A stretch of 64,000 bases of DNA from Candidatus Woesebacteria bacterium RBG_13_46_13 (lineage in GTDB: Bacteria; Patescibacteriota; Microgenomatia; UBA8517): NCBI GenBank assembly GCA_001791995.1, contig MGFR01000001.1, positions 242,638-306,637 of the forward strand, given 5' to 3'. Positions 44,880 to 53,815 of the stretch are shown here, in pieces. A program made the translations under genes and the position numbers. Numbering within the stretch: position 1 is the first letter of the stretch; every line of letters starts with the position of its first letter. The notes below the pieces were generated by a model. The model had not been told where the DNA came from. It saw nothing but the letters and a program-made list of their open reading frames with translations, and searched no databases.

Positions 44880-45981
44880 CTCCATCGGGCGTTCTTCCAC
44901 CCAGAAATCCGTCGTCAAAATTATGAAATTCTGCGTATTGGTTTCTTAGCAAATTGAGTGACTCCCGCTCTTTCGCATAATCCGGAAGGGTTTTGCGAAG
45001 AGAAATTGTAAACGTAAGTCTGGCGTCGGAAGGCCAGCTTCTGTGCCTGGCGGGAGATGCGGGATTTACCGGCTCTTCATTTAAGACCAGGTCTGCCGAG
45101 AAAGAAAAATATAAAGGCGGTGAACCCGGCAAAACCCTGAATCTGTAGTCGGAATGTAAGGGGTACCACTCAACCGTTGCGTCGGAGTTGGCCCTGGTTA
45201 TGGCCCTATCCAGGGGGTTTTCTCCATATTGGAGATTGGGGCTGTGGGTTACCCTGGCAACCTCTTCGGTTAGCCCCATCGCACTTGCGAGAAAAACACA
45301 TTTGGACATGGTGGTGACGCTTGCACAGACCCCCCCGGCATCAACATATCCTCCTATCAAAAACCTTTCGGCGTTTCTATGGATTACTCCAGACATATCA
45401 AGGTAAGAATAAACACTTCCGGGGGTAAGAGGTCCATTTTCTTGCTGCCATTCCGAGATGCAGGTTAGGGCGGTTAAAATGTTATATATTTTACTCGGAT
45501 AAATTCTGCTCCTGTCGGAGAATGCATAGGTAGCCACAATATCTTCGTTCTTCCTTCTAAGGCTGCCATTCATGATCTCCATCCTTGATTCATCTTGGCT
45601 AAAGCCAACAACTACATGCATTAAAGGGGGATATATTCCCGTTGCATGGGGAACATCGGCCACCCAAGCAACAGGACCCAGAGCTCCGGGAACCTCATAG
45701 CCTCTTTCCGGTCTAATGGGGGTAAGGATATCCAAAGGGAGCCCGTTAAAATGTACCCACTCCGGATAGTAGTAGGAATTGCCCGGCAAGGTTGAATCAA
45801 TGAGAGAGCCTCCACGGGTCAGAGTCTCTATGTAGACCGGGGTATCCTGGGTAATAAATTTAGGCAAATCGGTCAGGGGTTCGCGGGTTTCAACTTCTTT
45901 AGCTGAGGGGAGGACCATAGAAAAAGCTGCGGTCCCCGCAACTTTTAAAAAATCTCTTCGGCTAAGGCGTTCTTTTTCCAT
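44863..45981 (-). CDS. Tat-signal secreted VanW-like domain protein
   Basis: 372 aa. Twin-arginine signal MEKERLSRRDFLKVAGTAAFSMVLPSA. GGVCASVTTMSKCVFLASAMGL resembles the VanW G(G)GVCQ(V)STTLY motif. Confidence 0.5.
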   Translation of the reverse strand: MEKERLSRRDFLKVAGTAAFSMVLPSAKEVETREPLTDLPKFITQDTPVYIETLTRGGSLIDSTLPGNSYYYPEWVHFNGLPLDILTPIRPERGYEVPGALGPVAWVADVPHATGIYPPLMHVVVGFSQDESRMEIMNGSLRRKNEDIVATYAFSDRSRIYPSKIYNILTALTCISEWQQENGPLTPGSVYSYLDMSGVIHRNAERFLIGGYVDAGGVCASVTTMSKCVFLASAMGLTEEVARVTHSPNLQYGENPLDRAITRANSDATVEWYPLHSDYRFRVLPGSPPLYFSFSADLVLNEEPVNPASPARHRSWPSDARLTFTISLRKTLPDYAKERESLNLLRNQYAEFHNFDDGFLGGRTPDGVIVRP

Positions 45982-46689
45982 TTATTCTTCGGGTATATGG
46001 GGAGAGTTTTTTAACCTCCTTAAGTATCTTTGAATAAGCTCGGCCGGGTCGACAAAAAACCTGTTGATGTAGCTCACTGGAGCTCTATTTGGATACCACC
46101 AGGGGTCTTCCTGCCAGTGGCGCTCAAAAAGCTCGCGGTTGCCGGCATCAAAGTGCAAGTGGCTGAAGCCGTTAGGCCATCCGCTTTTGCCCATTGTTCC
46201 AATAATTTCTCCGGCTCTGTAGTTAGTTCCGACTTCGGCATCCCAGCTGTCCAGATGGCAGTAGCGCGTGTAGATTAAAGTTCCGTCGGGAAGCCTGTGG
46301 CAAAACATGGCAATTTTCCCCAAATCCCTGTAGTCTCCGTCTCCGACAAAAACACAAACGCCGTTCATGATAAGCCTCAGAGGAGTTCCCAAGTCCTCGT
46401 CAAAATCTCCGCAGTTAAAATCGACTCCGATATGATGGCCTCCGTCAAGGGAATAATCCACATTTACGGTTTCCTGAAGATGTCTATAGCCCAGTCCCGG
46501 GAAAACACCGTCCCCCATAATTGCCTCCAGGTCGTTTCCGAAAGGGGGCAAAGAGTAAGTTGCGGTCCTCTCCGGAAAAACATCAAGCGGGAGCTCGGGC
46601 GATTCGCCTTCTTTGCGGGGCATGGCAAAAGAGGCCCCGAGCATTGTCGCAGCTTTCAAAAAATCTCTACGCGATAATTCTTTAGACAT
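45982..46689 (-). CDS. Tat-signal secreted M23-family (LytM) metallopeptidase
   Basis: 235 aa. Tat signal SRRDFLKAATMLGASFAMP. M23 motifs HxxxD (GHHIGVDF) and HxH (FSHLHFD). Confidence 0.75.
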   Translation of the reverse strand: MSKELSRRDFLKAATMLGASFAMPRKEGESPELPLDVFPERTATYSLPPFGNDLEAIMGDGVFPGLGYRHLQETVNVDYSLDGGHHIGVDFNCGDFDEDLGTPLRLIMNGVCVFVGDGDYRDLGKIAMFCHRLPDGTLIYTRYCHLDSWDAEVGTNYRAGEIIGTMGKSGWPNGFSHLHFDAGNRELFERHWQEDPWWYPNRAPVSYINRFFVDPAELIQRYLRRLKNSPHIPEE

Positions 46690-46802
46690 AGACTATAAGG
46701 GGGCAGAAGTTGTGATATTAAACCACATTTCTTCCAAAAATACAATCTATAGGGTAGTTTTGCAGGATAAATTTGAATTAGGCTGATACAATAAATGCGG
46801 AG

Positions 46803-46841
46803 ATAGGACAATTTGATTTCTGCCCCAACCTGTCCTATAAT
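46803..46841 (+). promoter_or_regulatory. consensus sigma70 promoter (TTGATT-17-TATAAT) bracketed by an 8-bp inverted repeat
   Basis: ttgatt at 46813-46818 and tataat at 46836-46841. ATAGGACA (46803-46810) is the reverse complement of TGTCCTAT (46831-46838), overlapping the -10. Oriented toward the TadG-like gene. Confidence 0.5.
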
Positions 46842-46972
46842 GCTCTTACTTAACTGATATTCCAGGGGTTGCCCCTGTTGCAAGTATCGTTAACTACAAG
46901 CTCTTTTACAAGGCAAGAGAGAAGATCCGTGTAAGTCAATCTCTCCCGACTCGGGAGGAAAGGAGTAGGAAG

Positions 46973-48058
46973 ATGAACGCTTGGTCTAGAACCAAGGCCT
47001 TCCTGTCGAGAAGGGAGGCCCAGCGTGGCCAGGTGCTTATCATACTGGCCTTCGGGTTGGTGTTTTTGGCGGCCCTCGTCGGTCTGATGATCGATGTGGG
47101 TATCTACACTACCAACAACATCATTGCCCACAACAACGCAGCGGTTGGTTGTGTCACGGCTGCAGAGGCATACCGCAGAGGCGGAAGCGCATCAGGCGCA
47201 TTTGCCGATATTCTGCAGCAAAACGGGATGCAGCCGGCCACCTATTCTCCGAACGAAGGGACGGGTTTAACCCTCACCCGGGGTTTGGAGAATATGGGAG
47301 ACGGAAGCTGGCGGGCAGCTGTCACTTGGCAGCAGCCGACCGGTTTCTTGGGCATCGTGGGAATCCGCGAGATGACAATCCGCGGCAGATCCCGATGCGT
47401 TGGTCGCGACTCTGGGGGACTGGCACCGATTGCCGTTCGGCAAAGTGCCGTTGAGGATTCGCTCTACGGACTCCCCCCCGAGGAGTACAGCATCCTGGGA
47501 CGTGACCCTTCTTGGGATTTGGCGGACGTTGAGTCCGGTACCAACTTCCGGGGAGCGGTCTTTCTCCACATGTGGTGCGTGCCGTCGACTGATCCGAACT
47601 GCCCGAACATCCGCTATTTCTACCCACTGACCGAGGCACCTCCCACAGCCCAGACTCAAAAGAGGCTGGTGGAGGATTGCTTCAGGGGCATCAACTGCTC
47701 GATCTGGCCCGGGGTAGACCAACGCCTGCCAATCGTGGCGGGTACCTCCGACAACCAGATCTGCCATGCTTTTCAGGATGGCGGTTGGGAAGTCGGGGAC
47801 AAGGTGGTGGTCATCGTTTTCGACGGGGAGGTCTATGACCCCGATCCCACTTACGGCAACTGGGAGAATGTGGCCGTCGTGGGCTATGCGGTCTACGAGA
47901 TAACCCAATTTGAGCCGAATCCCAATAACTGCAACAACGTGATCGCTCGGCTCGCCTCGGACAGGATTTACGACAGCCTGGATGACATCCCGGCCGACGT
48001 GATCCTTTTGAGGTCTCGGGAAATCTCGTGGGACTACGGAGGATCAATCCCATGGTAG
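46973..48058 (+). CDS. TadG/TadE-like N-terminal domain (Flp-pilus-assembly pseudopilin-like) protein, high-GC
   Basis: 361 aa. The N-terminus RREAQRGQVLIILAFGLVFLAALVGLMIDVG matches the Tad_N/TadG family. The C-terminal domain is unassigned. Clearly GC-richer than the backbone. Confidence 0.55.
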   Translation: MNAWSRTKAFLSRREAQRGQVLIILAFGLVFLAALVGLMIDVGIYTTNNIIAHNNAAVGCVTAAEAYRRGGSASGAFADILQQNGMQPATYSPNEGTGLTLTRGLENMGDGSWRAAVTWQQPTGFLGIVGIREMTIRGRSRCVGRDSGGLAPIAVRQSAVEDSLYGLPPEEYSILGRDPSWDLADVESGTNFRGAVFLHMWCVPSTDPNCPNIRYFYPLTEAPPTAQTQKRLVEDCFRGINCSIWPGVDQRLPIVAGTSDNQICHAFQDGGWEVGDKVVVIVFDGEVYDPDPTYGNWENVAVVGYAVYEITQFEPNPNNCNNVIARLASDRIYDSLDDIPADVILLRSREISWDYGGSIPW

Positions 48059-48450
48059 CCAGAAGGAAGGACAAGGGACAGGGCCTGGTCGAGTTCGCCT
48101 TGATCGCCCCGATCCTGATACTGCTCCTGCTTTTGGCCATTGACCCCTTCTTCAAGGCGGTCAATATCGCCCTCGCCAAGTACTACACGTTTCAGGCCGC
48201 GCGGGAGGCGTCGATCTTTCTGGCTGACGGGACTCACTCCTGTGATTCCTGGGTCCGCTCACACGTGAGCGAACCTACTCTCCTGATGGGAACCGGCTGG
48301 ACACTTGAAATCGCACCGTGTCCTACCGACTCGTCTTGGAGTCAGGTCAGCGGGAGCACCGTCACTGCTACCTTCAACTGGGAGCAGTCCACCGTCTGGT
48401 GGGAAGGTCCTTGGACCGGAGCGATGGTGACCCGCGACGTCTTCCAGTGA
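48052..48450 (+). CDS. TadE-like protein, high-GC
   Basis: Start at the ATG overlapping the upstream stop (cATGGtag). RKDKGQGLVEFALIAPILILLLLLAIDPFFKAVNIALAKYYTFQAAREA matches the TadE family (PF07811). Confidence 0.55.
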   Translation: MVARRKDKGQGLVEFALIAPILILLLLLAIDPFFKAVNIALAKYYTFQAAREASIFLADGTHSCDSWVRSHVSEPTLLMGTGWTLEIAPCPTDSSWSQVSGSTVTATFNWEQSTVWWEGPWTGAMVTRDVFQ

Positions 48451-48454
48451 GTCA

Positions 48455-48499
48455 GGAGGGTACCTGGTTAGCGACCTAATTGGTCAACAGGTACCCTCC
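48455..48499. terminator. 12-bp perfect-stem hairpin between convergent genes
   Basis: ggagggtacctg (48455-48466) ...21-nt loop... caggtaccctcc (48488-48499). Sits between the TadE-like gene (plus) and the amidase/M23 gene (minus). Confidence 0.5.
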
Positions 48500-48534
48500 G
48501 TACAATCTCTCTTGCCTTGTTAGTTTTTTTGAAG

Positions 48535-50220
48535 TTATTCTTCTCTGAGTTCCCGCGGACTATTTACTTCTTGAGACCTTTGTTCGATAAATTCAACAGG
48601 ATTAATATATCTGTTTCTTATCCATGTAGCATTTACCCCCGAGGGGGCGTAAGGTCTATGGCCCATATCGGTGTCCCAGGTGGCCCCATAGGCAATCGCC
48701 AAATGCAGATGGCTGTCGAGTTGTCCGCCCGAGGCGCCCATTGTGCCTATCACCTGGCCTTTTCGGGTAATTACCCCAACCCTGAGGTTAATATCGTTTA
48801 AGTGTCCGTAAAGACTGATTACCTCGCTGCCTTCGGGTAGTCGATGGCGGATGATGACGGTTTTACCCAGCCCATGGCCCGGAATTTCTTCTGCGTAAAT
48901 ACACTCGCCGTTGGCAACGGCCTTGATGGGTGTTCCCAAATCGGAATTGATTACTCCTTGAGGACCCGTATTAATATCTACACCTTCGTGATTTTCGGGA
49001 CTTAGATAGGTATTGCCCAATCTGATGTCTCCATCGATGGGCATTCTGAAAGAATCCGCAATCGGGATGGGTGCTCCTTCCCTAAAGGCCGCATCATAGA
49101 CTTCCCAGTATTTACTTCTTGCTTCCCAGTCGAATACTTCAACAGGGTACCCCCAGGTCGTTAAAACCAGATAGTCCCGGATGAATTTAAAATATCTTCT
49201 GGCTGCTTCTTTTTTATCTACCCCGTCCCTTTCGAAAGGTCCAAAAACAAGCTCCTTGGCAGCATTTTCCTCTTCGGTTAAGGCTTTAGCGCCCAATAAA
49301 AGCTTTAACTCGGCCAGATAGGCCCTGCCGGGATCTATTCTATCCAGTTGAACTTCGTAGTGACCCACAAGGTTAGTGGCGGGAATGCTGTCTCTTTTCA
49401 TAATGGCCCAGATAACGCTTAAGAGATTAGCCGTTTTTTGATTATCGGGATGGGTCTCCGAGTCGAAATCTCTACCGGTTACCTCTATTGCCCAGGAATA
49501 CCAGTTGGGGTCGGTGGAGCGGCGAAACCAGTCTTGGGCCGGAGAGATTACCCCTTGGGGAAATCCATTTTCCCTGCCCAGCCGATAAAGAGAGCTTAGG
49601 TAATGGTTAGCGCCCCTGTTGTATCCTTCGTAATCCAAGGGAATGGCGATGTGGGAGGCAAGAGTTGCGTCTCCCAACCTCGGGGTTTGCGTTTGGACAA
49701 TTGAGACAGGGCTTTCAAGTGTTGCCGGTGCCCCCGGGGGAATACTGCCGACCAGAAAATGGGCACTGGTTGTTGTTTCGTAGGATGTTCCTCCCAGGGT
49801 AGAGATATTTCTGCGTCCGTCAAAACCCCAAATATAATTTTGGATGGTGGTTTCGGGATCCGCCGAATCCGAAAACCAGTGCAGCACTATTGCCCTGGGC
49901 CTGTCCGTTCTTAACCTGTCGGCCTCACGATTTCTCCGCCGGCTCCATTCGGTGGGGAAAAACGGTGCTTGTCCGCGGATGGCCCCGTTTCTGCCCAAAA
50001 GAGACAGAAACCCGTCTTCGTTGATTAGGGTCGGTGGGGTTAACTCGATGATGCCCCTGGGGTATTCGGGGAGTCTATCCAGCGATAGAGTGGGCCATTC
50101 GCCCTCCGGAGGAAGGGATCGCAAGGATTCTGGAACAAAAGCAGATGCCGCAGTCAATCCGCTAAGTTTGAGAAAGTCCCTTCTTGATAATTTATCCAAA
50201 CCGTCTGTTTCCTTCATCAA
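48535..50220 (-). CDS. Tat-signal secreted bifunctional cell-wall hydrolase: N-acetylmuramoyl-L-alanine amidase-like (Amidase_2) + C-terminal M23 peptidase
   Basis: 561 aa. Tat signal LSRRDFLKLSGLTAASAFVP. The middle region (RAIVLHWFSD...TTSAHFLVGS) is Amidase_2/PGRP-like. The C-terminus carries M23 HxxxD (HEGVDIN) and HxH (SHLHLAI) motifs. Confidence 0.65.
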   Translation of the reverse strand: MMKETDGLDKLSRRDFLKLSGLTAASAFVPESLRSLPPEGEWPTLSLDRLPEYPRGIIELTPPTLINEDGFLSLLGRNGAIRGQAPFFPTEWSRRRNREADRLRTDRPRAIVLHWFSDSADPETTIQNYIWGFDGRRNISTLGGTSYETTTSAHFLVGSIPPGAPATLESPVSIVQTQTPRLGDATLASHIAIPLDYEGYNRGANHYLSSLYRLGRENGFPQGVISPAQDWFRRSTDPNWYSWAIEVTGRDFDSETHPDNQKTANLLSVIWAIMKRDSIPATNLVGHYEVQLDRIDPGRAYLAELKLLLGAKALTEEENAAKELVFGPFERDGVDKKEAARRYFKFIRDYLVLTTWGYPVEVFDWEARSKYWEVYDAAFREGAPIPIADSFRMPIDGDIRLGNTYLSPENHEGVDINTGPQGVINSDLGTPIKAVANGECIYAEEIPGHGLGKTVIIRHRLPEGSEVISLYGHLNDINLRVGVITRKGQVIGTMGASGGQLDSHLHLAIAYGATWDTDMGHRPYAPSGVNATWIRNRYINPVEFIEQRSQEVNSPRELREE

Positions 50221-50348
50221 GAGTGTACTTTAAATGGTGAGAATTTTGAATACTTTAATAAAGTGAAGTGCTGGAGCAGGGATATCCTTGTGAGGATATT
50301 GTCATCTTGCGATGACCCCCTGCTCCAGCAAAGTGCTTCGTGTGCTTG

Positions 50349-51971
50349 TTAGTTAGCCCTGACGTAGCCCATCCGCTCGAATTCCTCGATACGGGATTCC
50401 CCGACTTCGATGGGGATTTGGGTGGTTGGATGAATCATTTTCACCCTGCCCTCCGTATGCTCCGGATCGGGACTGTAGCGGATTCCCCTCATGGTTTCGG
50501 GCTGGCGTGGTCTGGTGGGCTCATCGACCTGGACGGGAACCTGTTCGGCTCCTATCCTTCTGGGGCGACCGCCCTTGGCGCGGAGCTTGTTGTCCTCCAC
50601 CTCCAGACGTTGGTTGACGCGTTGCTCGCGCTTGGCCATCGCCTCATCGATTGCATTGGTGACTTCGATGAGGTGGCTCCATTGGTAGGTAGCCCACAAG
50701 GCGGGGACTTCAGTCCCAAGCCTGACCAAAACGCTGTCCCAGTTGGGATCTTCGGGGAGACTGACCTGATAGCCATCCGTAAGTACGGTCTCTTTCTCTT
50801 TGAGATCCGCGACCCGTTTCTGCAGGGCCAGGATGACTTTCTGCCAGTTAACAAGTTCCCCGACGTCCTTGGCGGCGCTGTCCAGCTGCGCTCCGATTTC
50901 TCCGAGGACCAGATCCAGCTCGTCCCACTTGTGGACATCCGCCCACAAGACTGGAACATGCTGGGTGAGTACCCCCGAGACTTCGACAAGCGCATCCGGC
51001 TCGGAAGGCACTGCGCCTTCGACGAGCGAGTCGTTCAGGAACTGGACGAAGCGGTCCCTGGTGGAATCCAGCCTGGCCTCCAGTTTTGCAATGTCGGAAG
51101 CCTTCTTGATGAATCCGTGCTGGATATCCGCTGAGGCCTTCTCCACGAACTCGGCGATGACCTCGGGGTCGGTTCCTTGCTCCTTGGCCAGGGCAATCTG
51201 ACTCCTACACCAGACGATGTAGGGCCGTATCATGCCCAGCTTCAGAATTTTGGATCCGTCCCCAACCGGAGATTCGGAGAGCTCCAGAAGTCCAGGAATA
51301 TTCCTGGACTTAGCGAGAGCCCTATGGCTCCGCTCCTTGCGTACGAGGTAGCCGAGGGCATAGCGGAAAGCCTTTTCGGCACCCGCCAGCCTCTTCCACC
51401 GACGTGCACGTTCCAACTCCTCAGCCTTCTTGAGTTTCTCGTGCTCCTCGATGAGAACCGGGAGCTCGATTGGGGTAATCTTGCGACCGCCCCAAAACTG
51501 GTTGGGAGTTGTTGCGTACTCCAGTTTCTCAATGAGCTGTTTCTGCTCTCGGGCCAATGTTTCAGTTCTGGCCAAGAGCTTCTTCAAGCCCTTGATGGAG
51601 TACTGCGATATCTGCAGGAATCGGTCGGGGGCTTTATCCTCCTGATACCAGAAGGTTACCCACCAACCCCAGAAACCGCCGAGCCTCTCGGTCAGAGGCG
51701 GGGAGAGTTCCTGGTAAGCGTCGTACACGCTGGTGTAGAGCTTTTCGATTTCTCCGCAGATGTTGACTGCCTTTCCACCGACCCTGATGACGATGTCGCG
51801 GTAGTCGAAATAGAGCTTACCGGTCCACGTCCACTCCTCCTCGATGCTGTTCCAGAGCTCGGTAATCGCAAGCATCAACTTGCGCTTGTTTCTCCCGTGG
51901 ACAACCAGGAGGATTACCGAGAAAACCAGTAGGGCGACCATAATGCCACCCCGAATCCAAAGGCCGTTCAT
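50349..51971 (-). CDS. hypothetical membrane-anchored 540-aa protein, GC-rich orphan
   Basis: Longest ORF of the patch, with an N-terminal TM (IMVALLVFSVILLVV) and no recognisable domain. The plus-strand ORFs 50340..51134 and 51177..51932 are treated as shadow ORFs of this GC-rich gene. Confidence 0.45.
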   Translation of the reverse strand: MNGLWIRGGIMVALLVFSVILLVVHGRNKRKLMLAITELWNSIEEEWTWTGKLYFDYRDIVIRVGGKAVNICGEIEKLYTSVYDAYQELSPPLTERLGGFWGWWVTFWYQEDKAPDRFLQISQYSIKGLKKLLARTETLAREQKQLIEKLEYATTPNQFWGGRKITPIELPVLIEEHEKLKKAEELERARRWKRLAGAEKAFRYALGYLVRKERSHRALAKSRNIPGLLELSESPVGDGSKILKLGMIRPYIVWCRSQIALAKEQGTDPEVIAEFVEKASADIQHGFIKKASDIAKLEARLDSTRDRFVQFLNDSLVEGAVPSEPDALVEVSGVLTQHVPVLWADVHKWDELDLVLGEIGAQLDSAAKDVGELVNWQKVILALQKRVADLKEKETVLTDGYQVSLPEDPNWDSVLVRLGTEVPALWATYQWSHLIEVTNAIDEAMAKREQRVNQRLEVEDNKLRAKGGRPRRIGAEQVPVQVDEPTRPRQPETMRGIRYSPDPEHTEGRVKMIHPTTQIPIEVGESRIEEFERMGYVRAN

Positions 51972-52163
51972 CGAATCCTCCTTAGGCTGTTAGCCTGTGA
52001 TACCAGATTTTTGCACACAAAGCTGTTAAGGTGCGCCCTCTTCGGGCATACGGAATAATACCTCCTCGCTGGTTAAAAATCAAATAATATAGGATGTAAG
52101 CTTGTTTTGGCGACTAGCTTTAGTTGCTTTCATTTGCTACCCTAAGAAAGAATAATTTCTGCC

Positions 52164-52904
52164 GTGATTCAATTTAAAAAAGTCAGCAAATCCTTCGGGA
52201 CAATCAAGGCTCTGGAAGAGGTCTCCTTTGAGGTCGGGAAAGGAGAGTTTGTCTATATCACCGGCCCCTCCGGAGCCGGCAAAACCACACTTCTGAAGCT
52301 TATCCTCAGGGAGTATCAACCCGACTCCGGGGAGATAGTCCTGGAGGGGGTAGATATCACCAAACTTTCCGATGAACAAATTCCAGAATACCGCCAAAAG
52401 ATAGGGGTGGTTTTCCAGGATTTTAAAGTCTTACCCGAAAGAACCGTCAGGGAAAACGTAGAGGTTTCTTTGGCTGTTATCGGAGTTGCCCAAGAGGCAT
52501 GGTCGGCCAGAGTCGGTCAGGTTTTAAAACTGGTGGGGCTGGCCGAAAGAGCCGATCTTTTTCCCAACCAACTTTCCGGAGGAGAAATCCAAAGGGTTTC
52601 TTTGGCACGGGCATTGGTGGTTAATCCGAAAATTATTCTCGCCGATGAACCGACCGGAAACTTGGACTGGGAAACGGCGGATTCAATGATGGAGCTTTTC
52701 GAGAAAATCAACAAAGAGGGGAAAACAATAATTATGGCGACCCACAACAAAGTAATCGTCGATAAATTCAAAAAAAGGGTGATTAAGCTCAAGGGCGGGA
52801 AGAACGTGGGCAAGGAAAAGGTTCACGAGCTGGAAAAAGAGCCCAAAAAAGAAGAAAATGAAAAAGGGGAAGGCAAGATGAAGGTTAAGGTGGAGGAAGT
52901 ATGA
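52164..52904 (+). CDS. ftsE: cell-division ABC ATPase FtsE
   Basis: 246 aa. Walker A GPSGAGKTT, signature LSGGEIQRVSLARAL, Walker B ILADEPTGNLD, and a Lys/Glu-rich C-terminal tail. Confidence 0.88.
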   Translation: MIQFKKVSKSFGTIKALEEVSFEVGKGEFVYITGPSGAGKTTLLKLILREYQPDSGEIVLEGVDITKLSDEQIPEYRQKIGVVFQDFKVLPERTVRENVEVSLAVIGVAQEAWSARVGQVLKLVGLAERADLFPNQLSGGEIQRVSLARALVVNPKIILADEPTGNLDWETADSMMELFEKINKEGKTIIMATHNKVIVDKFKKRVIKLKGGKNVGKEKVHELEKEPKKEENEKGEGKMKVKVEEV

Positions 52905-53815
52905 ATATCCATTTCAAAACCGCATTCGATTATATAAAAAGGGCTCCTTTTCAGGCCCTATCGGCCATCTCGGTTCTGACCCTGACCTTCTTCGTATCGA
53001 CAATGGTGGCAGTTCTGGCCTATTCATCCGGCAATCTCCTGAAGTATTTCGAGACCAGACCTCAGGTAATTGCCTTCCTTAAAAATGAAGTTACCCCCCA
53101 GGATGTTTCGGCGCTTCAAAACAAACTCACCGCGGATGAGCGGGTGAAAGAGGTCCGCTATGTTTCCAAAGAAGAAGCTCTAAACATTTACAAAGAGGCC
53201 ACATCAGATAACCCGCTATTATCGGAACTGGTCAGCCCGTCGATTTTCCCGGCGTCTTTGGAGTTTTCCTTGGCAAATTTAAGTTATGCGGAGGATATTA
53301 TTGCCCAGGTTAAAAAAGAATCTATTGTCGACCAGGTCGGTTTTACCGCCAGCCTTGGGGGAGAATCTACCCTTCAGGACGTTGTTTCCAGGCTCAAAAC
53401 CATCACCCTTTATGTCAGAATTGGGGGTATGGTTTTGGTCGGGATGCTGGGTGCCGTGTCGTTTCTGGTGCTTATCGTCATCATCGGCATGCGGATGGCA
53501 ACCCGCAAGGGGGAGATTGAAATACTGGATTTAATCGGGGCCACCCCGAAATTTATCCGGAGCCCGATTGTCATTGAAGCTCTGATTTATTCCTTTGCCG
53601 GGGTACTCTTGGGCTGGGCCATATCGTTTCTCTTTTGGCTCTACGTAACCCCCAATATCGTTGCCTACTTTGGGGAAATCCCGGTTCTGCCCAAAGGCAC
53701 TTGGGATTTTCTTATCCTGCTGGTAATTATTTTGGGGGCGGAGCTTTTGATTGGTTCTTTATTGGCGCTTTTGGGAAGCATGCTTGCGGTCTCCCGTGCC
53801 AAGAGAACCCGATGA
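52901..53815 (+). CDS. ftsX: cell-division permease-like protein FtsX
   Basis: 304 aa. Four TM helices with a large first extracellular loop. Overlaps the ftsE stop. Confidence 0.8.
   Translation: MNIHFKTAFDYIKRAPFQALSAISVLTLTFFVSTMVAVLAYSSGNLLKYFETRPQVIAFLKNEVTPQDVSALQNKLTADERVKEVRYVSKEEALNIYKEATSDNPLLSELVSPSIFPASLEFSLANLSYAEDIIAQVKKESIVDQVGFTASLGGESTLQDVVSRLKTITLYVRIGGMVLVGMLGAVSFLVLIVIIGMRMATRKGEIEILDLIGATPKFIRSPIVIEALIYSFAGVLLGWAISFLFWLYVTPNIVAYFGEIPVLPKGTWDFLILLVIILGAELLIGSLLALLGSMLAVSRAKRTR

Noticed and set aside
50340-51932. Long plus-strand ORFs (264 aa and 251 aa) opposite the 540-aa minus-strand gene
   Set aside because: The region is GC-rich, which suppresses stop codons on all frames. 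The minus-strand ORF is the only one spanning the whole region with a plausible N-terminal TM start, so the plus-strand ORFs are treated as shadow ORFs.
53635-53811. Upstream extension of the EnvC-like gene overlapping ftsX by 180 nt
   Set aside because: The extension lies inside ftsX in another frame. The ATG at 53812 overlaps the ftsX stop (ATGA) and is followed by a signal/TM sequence.
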